Below are positions 22,401 through 35,600 of a stretch of 64,000 nt of DNA, piece by piece (within the stretch, counting starts at the first letter, position 1; each line of letters opens with the position of its first letter). This DNA comes from Diplonema japonicum (taxonomy: Eukaryota > Protista > Euglenozoa: Diplonemea), in the NCBI GenBank assembly GCA_964019335.1, contig OZ025674.1, positions 558,001-622,000 of the forward strand, given 5' to 3'. Below the pieces are notes generated by a model, which worked only from the letters and a program-made list of their open reading frames with translations, was not told the origin of the DNA and ran no database searches. Position numbers and translations under genes: made by a program.

Positions 22401-25400
22401 GCTGGCAGCGAAGGTACCGTTGTGATGTGCGACGGATGCTCTAACACGGCACTGGTAAACATTTCAGTGCCGCTTGAAGCGGGGAGTTATAGAAAGTGCT
22501 ATCTGGCACCGTCCCAGCAGTGGATAGACTTAGGTCCTGTTACCGTTGTTGCCAGTCTGTACAGGGCCACCTACACAGGCCCACGGATCTACGTGTATGA
22601 TAATTCATATGATGCATCTTCTGCACCCAGCCCCAGCCTTGTGGAGGGCAACGAGCATGTGAGTCTTGTGCGTATCGATGAGGACTGTAGCCACAAGACT
22701 AGGATACAAACGCGTGGCGGATCGGGTGATACTTTGCCTCTGAGCTGTTTGGGCAGTGATTGTGTGCATGTGCTCGTCACTGGCTCTTTAGAGTTGCGTT
22801 CCGTGATGGGCAGTTTCAAGGTGTGCTTCAAACGGACGTTTTCCTACGGTGGAAGAATTCCTAGCAACACCTACGTTGCCATCCCTGTGACGCCAGTTCT
22901 AAACGTTGGCACCGGGATGAAGCTCCAATGGTACGAGGACCCTGTGGCCGGCTATAATATTTCGTGGCCACTACGGAGGTCGGATTTGTTGTCTGTCCGT
23001 GTGATGCTAGTGTGGCCTGACGGGTCGCGTGCTTCTGTCGATGACATCCTTACAGTCACGTTGAGCCAGAACAACCGCTCAGCTACGTTGGCAACACACG
23101 GTGAGTGCAATGACCTGGTGGCCCCTGACTACGGATGGCCAGTGTACAACACTCATGAGTACCTAGTTGCTGGTGTTGCATCGTTTCACGTGAGAATCCT
23201 TGAGGACTGCCTGTCAGGGTGTGATCTCAGCGTTAAGTACGGTTCAGCTTCCATCACCGCTACGTTCTATACAGAGGCTGCCACGGTGACAGCCCTTGCA
23301 CTAAGTACTGTTAACTTGAACTTGGAGGCGCCACTAGTGTCAGCTGAGGGGAACTGGGCTGAGTTGATCATTATTGCCAAGGACAATCAGCAGTACACAG
23401 TGGCGGGCACGCAGTCACAAATCATGCTCGCCCCTAATACGACTGAGCTTGGCACCGGTTCTTTTCGATGTCGGAACAAAGCTACGCAGAGTGCATGCGG
23501 TGCAGTTCCCTCGCCTGGACCCTTCAGTGTCACATTAGATATGAACGGAAGCATTGCTGTACAGATTGGAACCACAGGCCGGCTCACTTCAAACACGTTG
23601 ACCATTCAGATCTACCTCAGCACCAATACAGCTATCAAGCGTGTAGTGCAGCTGAGCGTGCAGTTTCTCAATGTGGTGTCCGTTTCAATGACCGACTTGT
23701 CAGGTCAGCAAGACATCACCACTCTTGGCGGGGTGAGCCTGCACACACTGGAGTGGGCCCCCGTGCTCCCATCCAGCGCCATCGTGGGGCATCCGGGATC
23801 ATACATGCTAGCTGGCATCCCATACCTTTGTAAGTTCAGAGCTTCTGGAGAGGATGGTGTATTTGCTTCGCAGAGTGACCTTGAGTGGCTTGTTTCAACA
23901 CCCATTCTGAAGATCACTCTTGTGGAGGAGAATACTACGGTCCCCATCGCAGAGGTGCCTGTGTCCAAAAGTGGAGGCACGTGGACTGCCACACTGAATT
24001 TCCCGGGGTGCGGGCGATACGATGGCATGGAGAGTGTGCCGTGTGTGCTTGTTTTTGAGATTGTAAACTCTACCGTGAACTCATCCACTCATAAGCCGGT
24101 GAGGGGCACCATGCACATGTGGGTGCGAGAGGTGGCCACAAAGCTTGCGATAACCAGCAACGTGTCGCGAATTGATACGCCACTCTATAACCAAATCATT
24201 GCACTGAGTAGTAATAACATACGCGACTGGTGGTTCCATGGTCGTGTTGTCGTGGCAGAAGGCAGGCAGGGATGGCACAATGTCTCTTTAGTTGATCCCG
24301 CGCATGTGGACTTGCTGCCAGAGTACCGCATGTCGCATGGCATCACGTTGACACAAGGGTTGTCAGTAACTTCTACTTGCAGCCCCTGCATTATCGAAGC
24401 TTTGTCACCTGAGCTATCTATGGCAAGCGGCTTAGTTGTTACTGAGCCCGATGTGGTAGGGATGCAGGGATCTTATACCCCCTCCCTCATCACTACCAAT
24501 AAGTGGATCGTTTTTACTGTGCAAAGCGTCGACAGCAGTGGTACTGCAACGGTGTCGGATAGTTCTGAAATCGTGCTATCGGCGGAGGCAGGCAACATCA
24601 CAATTCACTCTAACAGCAGCACACGAATGAGCAGCTCTCTGGCTGTGTTCATTATAATGTTTCACGCCCCATGCACAAAGTGTACTATTTTCTTCAACAG
24701 CGGTGGCAGCCCTGCTTGGGCCACGGATCCCACCCCATGGGTTGTCGAGGTTGACGTGAACCTATATCCAGCAGCCACGCAACTCAGTATGATTGTAGGC
24801 AGCAATGCTGTGCAGACAGGTCCTTACGCATTCATGCTGCCAAAAGGGGTTGCTGTACTAATCTTACGAGCTGTCGACGAGGACGGTGCAGTGGATCCCA
24901 GAGCCAGGAATGCGGTGACTCTTGTCAACCCGCTGGGCTTGTTGATCGAGATATCGGCGGACGCTCTCACACGAGGCGAGGTCTACGTCCGAGTTAGTAT
25001 ATTCCAGACATGCGCAGCGTGCCGAATAGTGCTCTCTGTCGCGGGGCTTGGTGAGGCAAGCGTCGTGGTGACTATCCCTGCTGAACCCAACACCATGTAC
25101 CTCGAGCAGTCGACGAGCACGCTGTACCCCTTCCAAGGCCTCACGATCCCACCTCGAAGAACCGTCAACATCACACTTACATTCTTCGAGCGATCGGTTG
25201 ACGGCGTCATACCAGCAACGCCTGAAGCACCCTTCACCATCACGTTGACTAGTGCATGTGGACAAGTTTTGCGGTGCGAGGGATGTACGATGCATCCTGC
25301 ACGGCAGTCTGCTTCGATCTTAGTTGGTGGCACGAAAGGAAATGTGACTTGTGACATTGACATAGCTGTGATGGGCATGAGCAATACAAGCCATGTGCGG

Positions 25401-28400
25401 TGGTTACCCAGCAGGCCTGCTGTAAGCGTACAAATACTGGATACTGCTCCTTATGGTGGAGAGTGGCTTGTGAGAACGGGCAACCAGGTTTTGCATGCTC
25501 CTCTGTATAACTGGTCATATACAATGCATGATTCTGCCTTCATCGGGCAGCCCTTCCCCTTGTGGGTAGAAGTAATCGATGCGGACGGGCTGCCTGTCGT
25601 GGGTCAGTCGGGCACTATGTCACTTGAAGTGGCGACTAGGAAAGGCTGCGGTGCCCCGACCATGAGCTACTATGGTGTGAGGCTCCTGGGTGCGCACTTG
25701 CCACTTATTAACGCAACACGACAGGTGACCCTAAACTACCCTGCACCTGTGCTAGACGGGCGTGCCCTGTTCTGGGTAACGTTTAACGGCGGCTGCCAGG
25801 AGTGCGTGCTTCGTGCCCGTCTCACGCCGACCACGGCACAGCTATTCCCCAACAACACCGGTCTATCAAAGCCTTTAGTCGTAAAGAAAATGACCGGCAA
25901 CGAGATTGCTTTCTTTGGAAGTGGGCAGGTGGTGCACAAGGCTGTCAACGAGTCAGTGAACGCCACTTTGCTGTTACTCAGGTGCACGCAGTCCTTGTGT
26001 TATCACAGCACTGCGCAATCAGGCCAGCTGACAGCGTACTATGAGGAGGGATCTGTGAGAGAGGTAATGTATAATTCTACGGTCTTTATGAAGGCAGGTG
26101 TGGCAAGTGTCACAGCTGTGTTCACACGGCCCTGCACTATGTGCAGAGTAGCCGTACATCCAAGTACAGAGCTGTCGGTCTCTGGTACAATTAGTCCCTG
26201 GGTGTACAATGTCCGAGCTGCCTTCGATAAGGTAGTTGTCGTGCGGGAGACCACCGTGGAGGGGAGGGTCAGGGAAACGCTTTCCATCACTGTGGCTGCT
26301 ATCGACGCGGGCGGGAACATAGCAACGGACTATGGGAACGCAACTTACCTTAAAAGAACCGAGGGAGGTGGCGATGGTGATGGCGGCATTTTACATTGGA
26401 CGAATGCCAGATACCTTGGCAGAGACGAGATGGCTTATCAACAGGAAGGAGAGCCCCTGTGGGCACCTCTTTGGACACAGGGGACTCAGACTTGGCGTTT
26501 GCACTTCAGTGCTGCCTGTTCTAGGTATGGCACAACACACCACTGAATGATAATGCTACTAGATGCTTGCTCACAATAGCCGGCCTAGACGTGGTCGCCG
26601 TTATCCATGCACGGGCAGAGCGCCTTTTAGTTGACAGTGTGAGCACCGACCACGTGTTGGTGGAGGAGTTGGTTGCCTTCAAGGTGTCGGCAATAGACAG
26701 TGAAGGGAACGTCGACGAGGTATGTGCGCTTTGCTGAATTCACACAGCATCCAACTCAGAGCTTTGGAAATAACGATGTAGTTCATGTTCTGGTGCAGCT
26801 GGAAGGAACAAAGCTTGTGAGCAACGCGCGGCAAACCATGCACCCCATCACTAATGGTGTTGTGTGGGTTAGTACAGCTTTTACAAGACCCATAAGGCTG
26901 GCATCTGTGATTGCTGAGATACCTGCTTTGAATTTGACGAACAGAGCTGTGAACAGCACGCTATTGGTCGTTGTCCCTGAAACCACAAAATACACGCCCC
27001 CAGTTCTGACGGTGGACACTGTAGGACGTGATCTTAGGCTCTTACATGGTGTAGCAATGGGTGTTTTGGGGAAGCCCTTCGTCCTGACCATTGGCGTCAC
27101 TGATGCATCGCCTGATTTAAATGTCGCCTATTCAATGCCTGCACTTAACGTTACCTTCAGCCATGACTGTGGAACAGCTACGGCGGCTTCCACAATAACC
27201 TTGGTGGAAGGCACAGCAAAGAGTACTGTCGTAGTACGCAGCCGCCCACCGTCTGGCGTGTGCCATTTGCGGTACAGTGCACCGCATGGCTCGCTCATCA
27301 GCACCGTACTCACAGTAGCCATAACCATCAATACTCACGTGACATGCACTCAGCTTACACTCTCGGATGTGCCTGAATATGTTGTAGCTTTATTGACCAC
27401 CCTACTTATCGTGAAGTGCACCGACAGCAATGGCTACATCGACACCACGCAGGTGGACACAGTGTACTTGAACACAAACTGCACCGAGCCTCAGCAGGCT
27501 CAACTCATCAGCGGTGAAGCAGTATTCCGTATGGCACTACCACCTGAACGATGCATGATAAGTGTTACATATGGTGGGTTTAATGATAGTTTTGAGGTAA
27601 TTTCACAACAGCCTGCTACATTGGTGCTGATGCGCGACATCGCCACGCCGTTGGCTGTGAATACGCCAGTAGGTGTTGAGCTTGCACTTCAAGACGCTAA
27701 CAGCACACTAGTGAGGGGAGTGCATGAGCATATGCAAGTGTCTATTGTTGGCGCAGATTCAAGAGACATAGAATTTGTGATTCCTTGCACACCCCATATA
27801 GACGGGGAATGGCATGGTATGTGGGGATGTTGGATTCGGGTGACTCGTGTGTTCTCTGATCCCATTCAGATACTTCTGTCTGTTGTTGGGCATAGCGTCA
27901 GAACCAAGATGATATCTACAGCTGTAGTGGCGAGTCAGCTTGTCTTGCTAGGTGCAACGCCCCCTATGTATCGTGTTGCACAACGGCCTGTGGCGTTCTC
28001 TGTGATGGCCACTGACTTGGCGGGTCTCCATGCTAACGCCTCAGACGCCTTAGTGCGCATCAGGCATGTCGACGCTATTAACATCAAGCCTTTTGTGAAC
28101 CAAAGCACCCTTGTGAGCAGCCAGCCACTTACCAAACGCATGAACAATGGCACAGTGACCTTCGTTGTTTTCTGGAAAGGTAGCGATGGCAACATCTTGC
28201 TCAGTGTGTTGGGCATGGGCACCAACCTTGAGCCGTTGCCACCTATTTCCCTCACTATGCAGACGATTGACCATTACGAGGTGGCAACCTCAGCTGTGGC
28301 AAATCATCCGCACGAGAGAACGAGCTTCGACGTGTACATGTATGTTATGGACAAGTTGGGTAATGTCGTTGTGGGGGACAACGGTACACACGTTGAGACG

Positions 28401-29102
28401 GTGTGGCTGTCTGCTGAGCGCACGCAGCGTGTGTTCATCGAGAATCTTCAAGACGTGACTACTGGTGGGGTGTTCAAGGTGAGCATCACCTACGACAGAC
28501 CCTCTGTGAACACTACAATTGGGTTCATTGCTACAGGCGTGCTTCCACAGCAGGCTGTGTGGTCGCTTCCATTCACCGTGAGTAGCTGGGCAGGTGCTGG
28601 TTTGGTGCTCCCCTTCGCCCCCCCCTTACTCAGCTTTGTGTGTGGCACATGTTCGTATAGTAGGTTCAACGCTACTGCGTTCGAGGGTGTTGTCAGTACG
28701 GCTGTTACATCGCAAGTGGTGGTGACAGGCGTGTGCACGACCGACAGGGCAAACTGCACACTTTTCAACACGACAGATCAGTACCTCCGCCCCGTGCAGC
28801 TTCTCAGTATCAGTGGTGCTGTCGTTGAATTTACATTCAACGAGACCGATCGTGACACTGTGTGGGGAGAGACTGCCTTGCTAGAGGAGCTGCTGACAAA
28901 TACTTCTTCCTTCATCTACATGTCCTTTCTACCCCAGTCCCTATTGCAGGTGACGGCACAACCTGGGTCACCCCGACCCGAACCTTTATTTACACCTATA
29001 GGGGCACCCCCGGTGGCAGACCCTTCGCCGTTCGATGGCGCAGCAGCTCCCTACTATTCGTTGTGTTTGTCGTCTCTGTGGCTGCTTTGTTTCCTTATGT
29101 AG
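19434..29102 (+). CDS. Giant (~3200 aa) secreted/surface protein of repeated beta-sandwich-like modules with C-terminal hydrophobic (GPI-like) anchor, 2 introns
   Basis: Signal peptide MIWYLAVVLGAL. Repeated LP..G.Y.vCy...W modules in the N-half and C..C.l / A.D..G modules in the C-half. Many N-glycosylation sequons. Introns 26525-26562 and 26720-26759 (or -26747) join the ORFs. C-terminus YSLCLSSLWLLCFLM. Confidence 0.8.
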
Positions 29103-29162
29103 TTGTTAGTCTATTTTTTTGTGTAGTAGACTGTTTCGCTGCAACATTCCGAACAGTTACAC

Positions 29163-30419
29163 ATGGTAGTGCAGTATGACCCGTGCGCCTTCTGGTCTAC
29201 GCTGTTCATCACCACTGGGTCTGTTGTGAAAAAGGTGAAGCTGCAAACGGCAATGGCTTTAGTCTGCACAATTCTTGTGGTGGTGTATTACAACTACATA
29301 AGGGCGGATGATTCTGATTCTCCCATCTGGGATAGCTATGTCCACAGCCTTCTGAGCCACGCAGTAACTTTGCTGTTGGTGTTCCGATCTGATCTTGCGT
29401 ATAATAGATTTGACAGAGGACGGCAGCTCTTAGATATGGTGAAAACGAGTACTGTATGGACGGTGAGGCTGGTGTGTGTGCATTCCGTGGGTGAGGGCTG
29501 TCGTGTGCGCAGGATTCGTGAGGAAGTGCGGCGGTTGTGCTTAGTTTTGGTGTTTGCATTCAAAGGAATTATATCAGGTACGCTACTAAAGACCGTATCC
29601 TCGCCACCAACGTACGCACGCAGGTCGTGGAAGGGGGACATCATCAACGTACCACTGTTGACGCCAGAGCAGGTGGCAATGTTTCAGAATGTTGATAGGA
29701 ATGATACAACACTTCTCGTAGAGATCTCGAGTAACATCACCGACATGCTGGTGCTGCTGCGCGATGAGGGCAGCATCACGAACAGACAGCTCAGCGCCAT
29801 AGACGGCGAGCTGCGGAAGATCACAGCGGCCTGCAAGGAGACGTGGGACTTGCGCAACATCCAAATACCATTCCCTTATGTGCAGATCGCACACCTCCTC
29901 ACACTACTTTTCATTTACACGCTCCCTTTCATTCTGGTGCACAACTATTCGTGGTATGTAGTTATTGCGGAATATTACTTTTGCAGGATTGTGTGTCTCA
30001 GTTCGATACTGCTGTCGATCTACTACTTTGGCATCAACAACGTGGCCATGCAGATCCAAGATCCCTTTGGCACTGATGCCAACGATTTTAACATGGCGGC
30101 GTGGTTCGAGACGACTGAGTTCGACACTTTCGACTGCTTGGAGTACCGCATCCCCCTCCTTCATCCCGACAATGACGCAGGCTCGCACGCAAAGGTGTGG
30201 GACGCTTATGAAGAGAGAGTTGTACAGAAGAAGCAGGTTAAAAACATTCAGAAAGCCTACTTAACAGAAAGGCAAAGCAGAATTTTCTTCGCAAAGCAGG
30301 AGGATGACTCCGTCGATGAGCAGGAGCACCGCAAGCACAGCACGTGCCCCGACAACATAGAATCCGAACCTTATGACGGTAATCTGTATTTGTCAATTGT
30401 TTCCTACCGCAGCGCCTAA
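29163..30419 (+). CDS. Bestrophin/UPF0187-family anion channel
   Basis: LLLVFRSDLAYNRFDRGR, IPFPYVQ, QIQDPFGTDANDF. Probable in-frame intron 29954-29986. A possible intron 30237-30267 would move the stop to 30360. Confidence 0.85.
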   Translation: MVVQYDPCAFWSTLFITTGSVVKKVKLQTAMALVCTILVVVYYNYIRADDSDSPIWDSYVHSLLSHAVTLLLVFRSDLAYNRFDRGRQLLDMVKTSTVWTVRLVCVHSVGEGCRVRRIREEVRRLCLVLVFAFKGIISGTLLKTVSSPPTYARRSWKGDIINVPLLTPEQVAMFQNVDRNDTTLLVEISSNITDMLVLLRDEGSITNRQLSAIDGELRKITAACKETWDLRNIQIPFPYVQIAHLLTLLFIYTLPFILVHNYSWYVVIAEYYFCRIVCLSSILLSIYYFGINNVAMQIQDPFGTDANDFNMAAWFETTEFDTFDCLEYRIPLLHPDNDAGSHAKVWDAYEERVVQKKQVKNIQKAYLTERQSRIFFAKQEDDSVDEQEHRKHSTCPDNIESEPYDGNLYLSIVSYRSA

Positions 30420-30443
30420 GTACAACTCACAACAGAGAATACC

Positions 30444-31538
30444 ATGCACCTTCTACTTGCTACAGCGTTAGCGGCTGTTATCAGCCCATCTGACAAGAAC
30501 ATCCAGTACATCGGTCGTGCTGTAGCCCTTCCTTCAGGGGAGAAGCAGTTCGACAACCCTGGGTTCACTGTGAAGTTCAAGGTACAGGGAGCTACTGAGG
30601 TTTCAGTGCAAATGAAGGCACGCCACGCTCTTCCAAGTGAGGCAGACGGATCTTTTATTCTTAACTTCTTCGAAACATTGGTCGACGGCGTGAGACAGCC
30701 CACGAGATTGAGCACAGCTGTGACGCAAAACAACAGCATCTACACCTTCGAAATTGCGAAGGATTTGCAGGAGGGTGCACACGACATTGTGGTTTTCAAG
30801 TCCACAGAGGCTGACTGGAATGCACATATACCCACGCCCAATTATATGACCTTCTCGGGAATCGTTTTGTCTGATGGTGGTAGCCTTGTTGCCCCAGAGC
30901 CCTTGCCCACACGGCGCATGGAGTTCATTGGTGACAGCATAACTGCCGGTTACTGCAACTTGTGCCACGAGCCGTCCATGCCAACGAATGAGTATGCACA
31001 GAGCTTTTATGACTCTTGGGCAAGCCAGATCTGTAGGGGTGTAGGTGCAGTGTGCCACGCTATAGCGTGGAGCGGCTTCGGTGTCATTAGGAACTACGCG
31101 CCTGGGAACGTGACCCTTCCCGATGTCTATCTGAAGACCCTTGCTTCGGACGTGAACAGCCCTGATTGGGACTTCAGCTCGTGGAAGCCTGATGCTGTGG
31201 TCGTGAATTTAGGAACAAACGACAATGTGGTGTGCGTGGGAGACTTTTGCGAAAGGTTTATCGCCGCCTACGTTTCAATGGTCAAGCATGCAGCTCAAAT
31301 TTACGGGCCTACCACCAGCTGGTTCCTTGCGTGTGGCCCGATGAGCGAAGCATACTGCCCACAGGTGTACAGCATCATCTCTGATCTCACTGACCAAGGT
31401 ATCAAAGCTCACTTCCTTGATCAAACTAAACTTGGTGGCAATGATACCTGCTGTGGGCACCCAAGTGTGAAGGGAGACGGAGAGATCGCCGAGAGTAGCA
31501 TGGCTTTCATTCAGCAGACTATGGGATGGAGTAACTAG
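30444..31538 (+). CDS. Secreted SGNH/GDSL esterase, carbohydrate esterase family 2 (endoglucanase E-like)
   Basis: Signal peptide, N-terminal IQYIGR beta domain, EFIGDSITAGY, AWSG.G, PDAVVVNLGTND, GHPS. Intronless. Confidence 0.85.
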   Translation: MHLLLATALAAVISPSDKNIQYIGRAVALPSGEKQFDNPGFTVKFKVQGATEVSVQMKARHALPSEADGSFILNFFETLVDGVRQPTRLSTAVTQNNSIYTFEIAKDLQEGAHDIVVFKSTEADWNAHIPTPNYMTFSGIVLSDGGSLVAPEPLPTRRMEFIGDSITAGYCNLCHEPSMPTNEYAQSFYDSWASQICRGVGAVCHAIAWSGFGVIRNYAPGNVTLPDVYLKTLASDVNSPDWDFSSWKPDAVVVNLGTNDNVVCVGDFCERFIAAYVSMVKHAAQIYGPTTSWFLACGPMSEAYCPQVYSIISDLTDQGIKAHFLDQTKLGGNDTCCGHPSVKGDGEIAESSMAFIQQTMGWSN

Positions 31539-31763
31539 GCTAGTGGGCATGAACACGTTGGAAATCGTCCAGCTCTTCGCTCGTTGTGTTGTTTTGCTAC
31601 CTGTTCCATTGCAACGTGTACAACAACGTGTTTTACCTCGACTCGTTGTGATCGGTCGCAGCGGCTCTTTAATTATTATTATCTGGAGAATGAGCAAACA
31701 CGATACAGGGTTTTTTGTTCCTTCTTCTTCTGTTGTTTAAAACTGCAAAATAGGTTGATAAAT

Positions 31764-32551
31764 ATGTCTGGTGAGCGCAAATTAGGGAAGAAGGCCAAGC
31801 TGCCGGATGGGTGGATTACAGTGGCGCCTGTGCTGGAGGCTTTGGACAGAGATCTGAAGGATTTGTTAGCACAGGGACACGACGGGAAGAGAGTAGTAGA
31901 GATGCAGTGGCCGGTGCATCAGGTATGAATGAAGAGGGTTCATAGGGGTTTTACTTCTAAACATCACCTCAGATCAACTGGCAGAAGTCAAGGTACATTT
32001 ACGACATGTTTTACATCTACAAGAAGATCAGCAAGCAAGTGTATGAGTTCTGCATCAAGAACAAGGTGGTGGACTCCAACCTGATTGCAAAGTGGAAAAA
32101 GCCTGGGTACGAGAGGCTGTGCTCAACGTACGTCATCAACCCAAGGAACTACAACTTTGGGGGTGTGTCAATCTGCCGTGTGCCGAGGCACGACCTAGGT
32201 CCCGACCACCCTGCGGTAGAGGACAAGTTTACAGGGTGCAGGGGGTGCGCAAGTGGCAGGGGCGGGAAGAGAAATATTTTCGGTAATAAATATGGGCAGT
32301 ACTTAGCCGCCATTCAGTTGAACCGAGAAGAGCGTGCAGCGAACGGCGAGGAGGTCGAGGCTGACAGCATATGGGCAACAACGGAGGACGAGGCAAAGTT
32401 CGACACAGCGAACAGAGACTCAGACGATGAGGAAGGGAACAGGAGGAAGAGAAGGCGCAAACTGCAGAGGCCGCCTACTGAATCGGAGCGTGAGACCGCG
32501 GAGCAGAATAATGAACAGAAGCCGGCTGAGGAGGCCGCTGAAGAAAAGTAG
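31764..32551 (+). CDS. BUD31: BUD31/G10 spliceosomal protein, 1 intron
   Basis: PDGW..L, WPVHQ|INWQKSRYIYDMFY, DSNLIAKWKKPGYERLC, ICRVP, GCRGCAS. Intron 31923-31972. Confidence 0.92.
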
Positions 32552-32634
32552 TGTTTGCTTGTATCGTTAATCAAATTACCAATTTTTCTTGTTATTGCAG
32601 TACAACCCATGCAACCCTCACAGGCACCACATGA

Positions 32635-35600
32635 ATGGATAAGAACCCAGCGGTGGACAGGATATGGGTGTTCCTGAACTTGAAAGATGAAAGCGTGGGG
32701 CGAGAGAAAGCAGCCTTATGGCTACTCGCTGGGATTGAAATGACTAAGGTATGATGCAAGTTAAAACACCATAAAAGACAGGAAGTGCTGGAAGGGGTGC
32801 CCGAGGTACTGAACGAAAGAAAGCACCTGCTGAAGTTGATTGATAACATCGAGTACGAGACGGGTGTACTTGTAGATGAGCAGCTAGAAGGTGTGGAGAC
32901 CAATGCATGGATAGACGCGTGCACGGGGCTGAGGGAAGGTGGCTTTACGGTCACGGAGTGTGTGGACTTGATAGCAGACGCGGCGATGCTGCTTCGGGGC
33001 GATGGGGTCAAGCTGAATGGGACGGAAATAGACACCGCTCTGGAGGCTATTGAGATAACGTGCGATGAAGAAATAAGAAAAAACAATACAGCTGTCGACA
33101 CAGAGACTATTGTAGCTGGGGCACGGCAGCTGGGCTTTGTCGCCCCTCCTAAGGCCGTGTACACTGCGGTCTTAGTTGCCGCTGCTAGGCAAGGCGCCGA
33201 TCGCCCACCAATAGAGGAACTCATTGACGATGGGAATGGGCGGGTCGACCTTTTGAACGACGAGCTTGAGCTAGCAGGTGAAACCTTCGGTAGGAACAGG
33301 AAGCCGATGCGACCGCTCACTGACGACGACCTAGAGACATACGAGCACCCCCCGAACAGCGTAGGTCTCCCAAGACGCGGGAGGTTGGTTCCCTTCTGCA
33401 CAGAGGAGTCTCTGGCAGAAAACGTCCTCGAGGAGACTCTGAGGTGCTGGTACGGGAAGACCCTCTCTGACCTCGACACCGTCGATGCACCCACAGTGCT
33501 TGATGAGATAGTGGCGAACATGAAAGTGCCTAAAAAGAGCGAAGGGGACGACGTGGGTGACCCCATGGGCATCTTGGCAGATGTGGCGTTTGCTTTAAAC
33601 GCTCGACTGGGCCCATCGCATCCTCACCTGACTCCTGCAGGGCTCCTTGTGTTATGGATGTGCACTATGGAAGGCGTTGATATCGACCGCTTGATGAAAT
33701 ACAAAGATGTACCACACGCGAAGGACATGCTGCGCATGACGGACGCAGGGGGCACGAACGCCACAACGGCGGGTACGGGCGACGAGTACTCAAAGAAGTA
33801 CGCGGGTAGACGAAACCAGAGCATCCTGCAGGAGATTGCCCTCGCCATGCGAGGGATCAAAGACACTTGTGTGGTCCCTTCGTCTGCCTTGATGCTCACC
33901 CTTACCACTCTGGACGGGCTCAATAGCAGCTTCTCCAACGAGTCCATTTACTTGGAAGTGCACGTTAAGGGAATCAATCCGCAGGTGTCAGAGACCAGGA
34001 TCTATGCCCACAGCATTAGCTTCTCGCAGGTCATTATTATACCGCTTACTGCACCAACAGTGTCCATCAAAATCAGTGGGCAAACCGCATCAGGGAAATA
34101 CATCGGAACTGCCGAAACGAAGTACCCGAACACGGAAGGTCAGACGCTGAGGCTCCCTTTGACCCCAGCCGAACTACATGTGCACAGGTCTTCGGCAAAG
34201 TTTGCAACGATAGGTATCACTACAGCAGAAACGAACATGGATCCTAAAACCATGAGCGGTCTGATCGAGTCTCTAGGAGGGAGCGCTCAGAAGTTGTGGG
34301 CCAAAGACAAGCTAACAAAATGGGTGAAGGTCACTTGCTTGCTGCAAGCGATGCAACAGCTGCAACCTCTTTCTTTGTACCGAGGGATCACGGTGCCAGC
34401 AGCAATCGCACAGCGGCACAGCGAACTGCAGAATGGTACTCCATACACATGGTTTGCACCTTGTATTGCCTCACATGACGAGTCGGTGGCTCATCAGGGT
34501 GAGACTGCAAACTCGCTTCTGTTTAGGTCCGGTGGCACAGCCGGGATAGATGTGAAGAACATCAGTTACTACCCAGACGAGAAGACAATTATCACAGCAC
34601 CTTTTGCCACCCACAATGTCGAGGGATCCCAGGGTACAGCGCCAATCTCAATTACCATGAATGATGCTCCATTGCTCCCGAGTGGTGGCATCGTGATACC
34701 TGCGGCACTGCGAAGATTTTACAACAGTTGTCTTGCTGACCTGACTAGAGCGGATGAGCAGCTGAGGAAGGCTCAGGATAGGAATTGGGCGGAACGATCG
34801 CGCCACCTTATTCAGCTTGTTGCAGATGGCGACTTGAGGCTAAAGCTTCGCGATGAGAAGCAGCACGATGTAGTGCCACAAGTAGACGCTTTACCTGACC
34901 ATCTTTATGAGCGCGTAGCCGACAGGCTGGCCCCACTCCCTCGAGGGGTCGGGCAAAGCATGCCCCATGGACTCACTCCTCTGGTGTTCTGCTCAGCCCG
35001 TACCACTGCACCCCAACTGCTGTCAGAGCTTATTCTGCTATGGTTTGATAAGGAGGGTGATGTGCTTGACGAGCTCATGGAGAATCTCATGCTGCCTGAC
35101 GAAGCAACCGCTCTAACAGTCCTGTCTCACCTTGCTGCATCACTAGCTCAGTTACATGCTAACCAGCCGCGTAACTGGATGGAGATCTTGATTCTTGTTT
35201 TCATTTCTCTTGAAAGCAACGACGTAGACAGGCTGTGTCTTCTGGATGACGTGCCATCGGCATTGAGTCCCTTGGCCGAAAAGGAAGAGTATGTGTTACG
35301 AATGGAGAACAGCAGGAATGTGTCAATCTTACCTGTGTTCAGCAGTGCTTTGGCTAGCATGGCTGACTACCAGCTCAGTGCCACACTCGCTTCGAATGCA
35401 TCGGAAGCTAAGAGAGCCGCACTCATCGAGCCCTACAAGGCCTCGAAGGAAATAGTTTCTAAATGGATAAAAATCATAGGACTCACGATGGCGATGTGTG
35501 AACCGATCTCTGGTGAGCTAGTAAGGTGCGCCACCCCAGCACCAGGTGAGACGGAGAGGATCAGTTCCATCGAGACTGGGTCTTGGGGTCTGTGGGCAGC

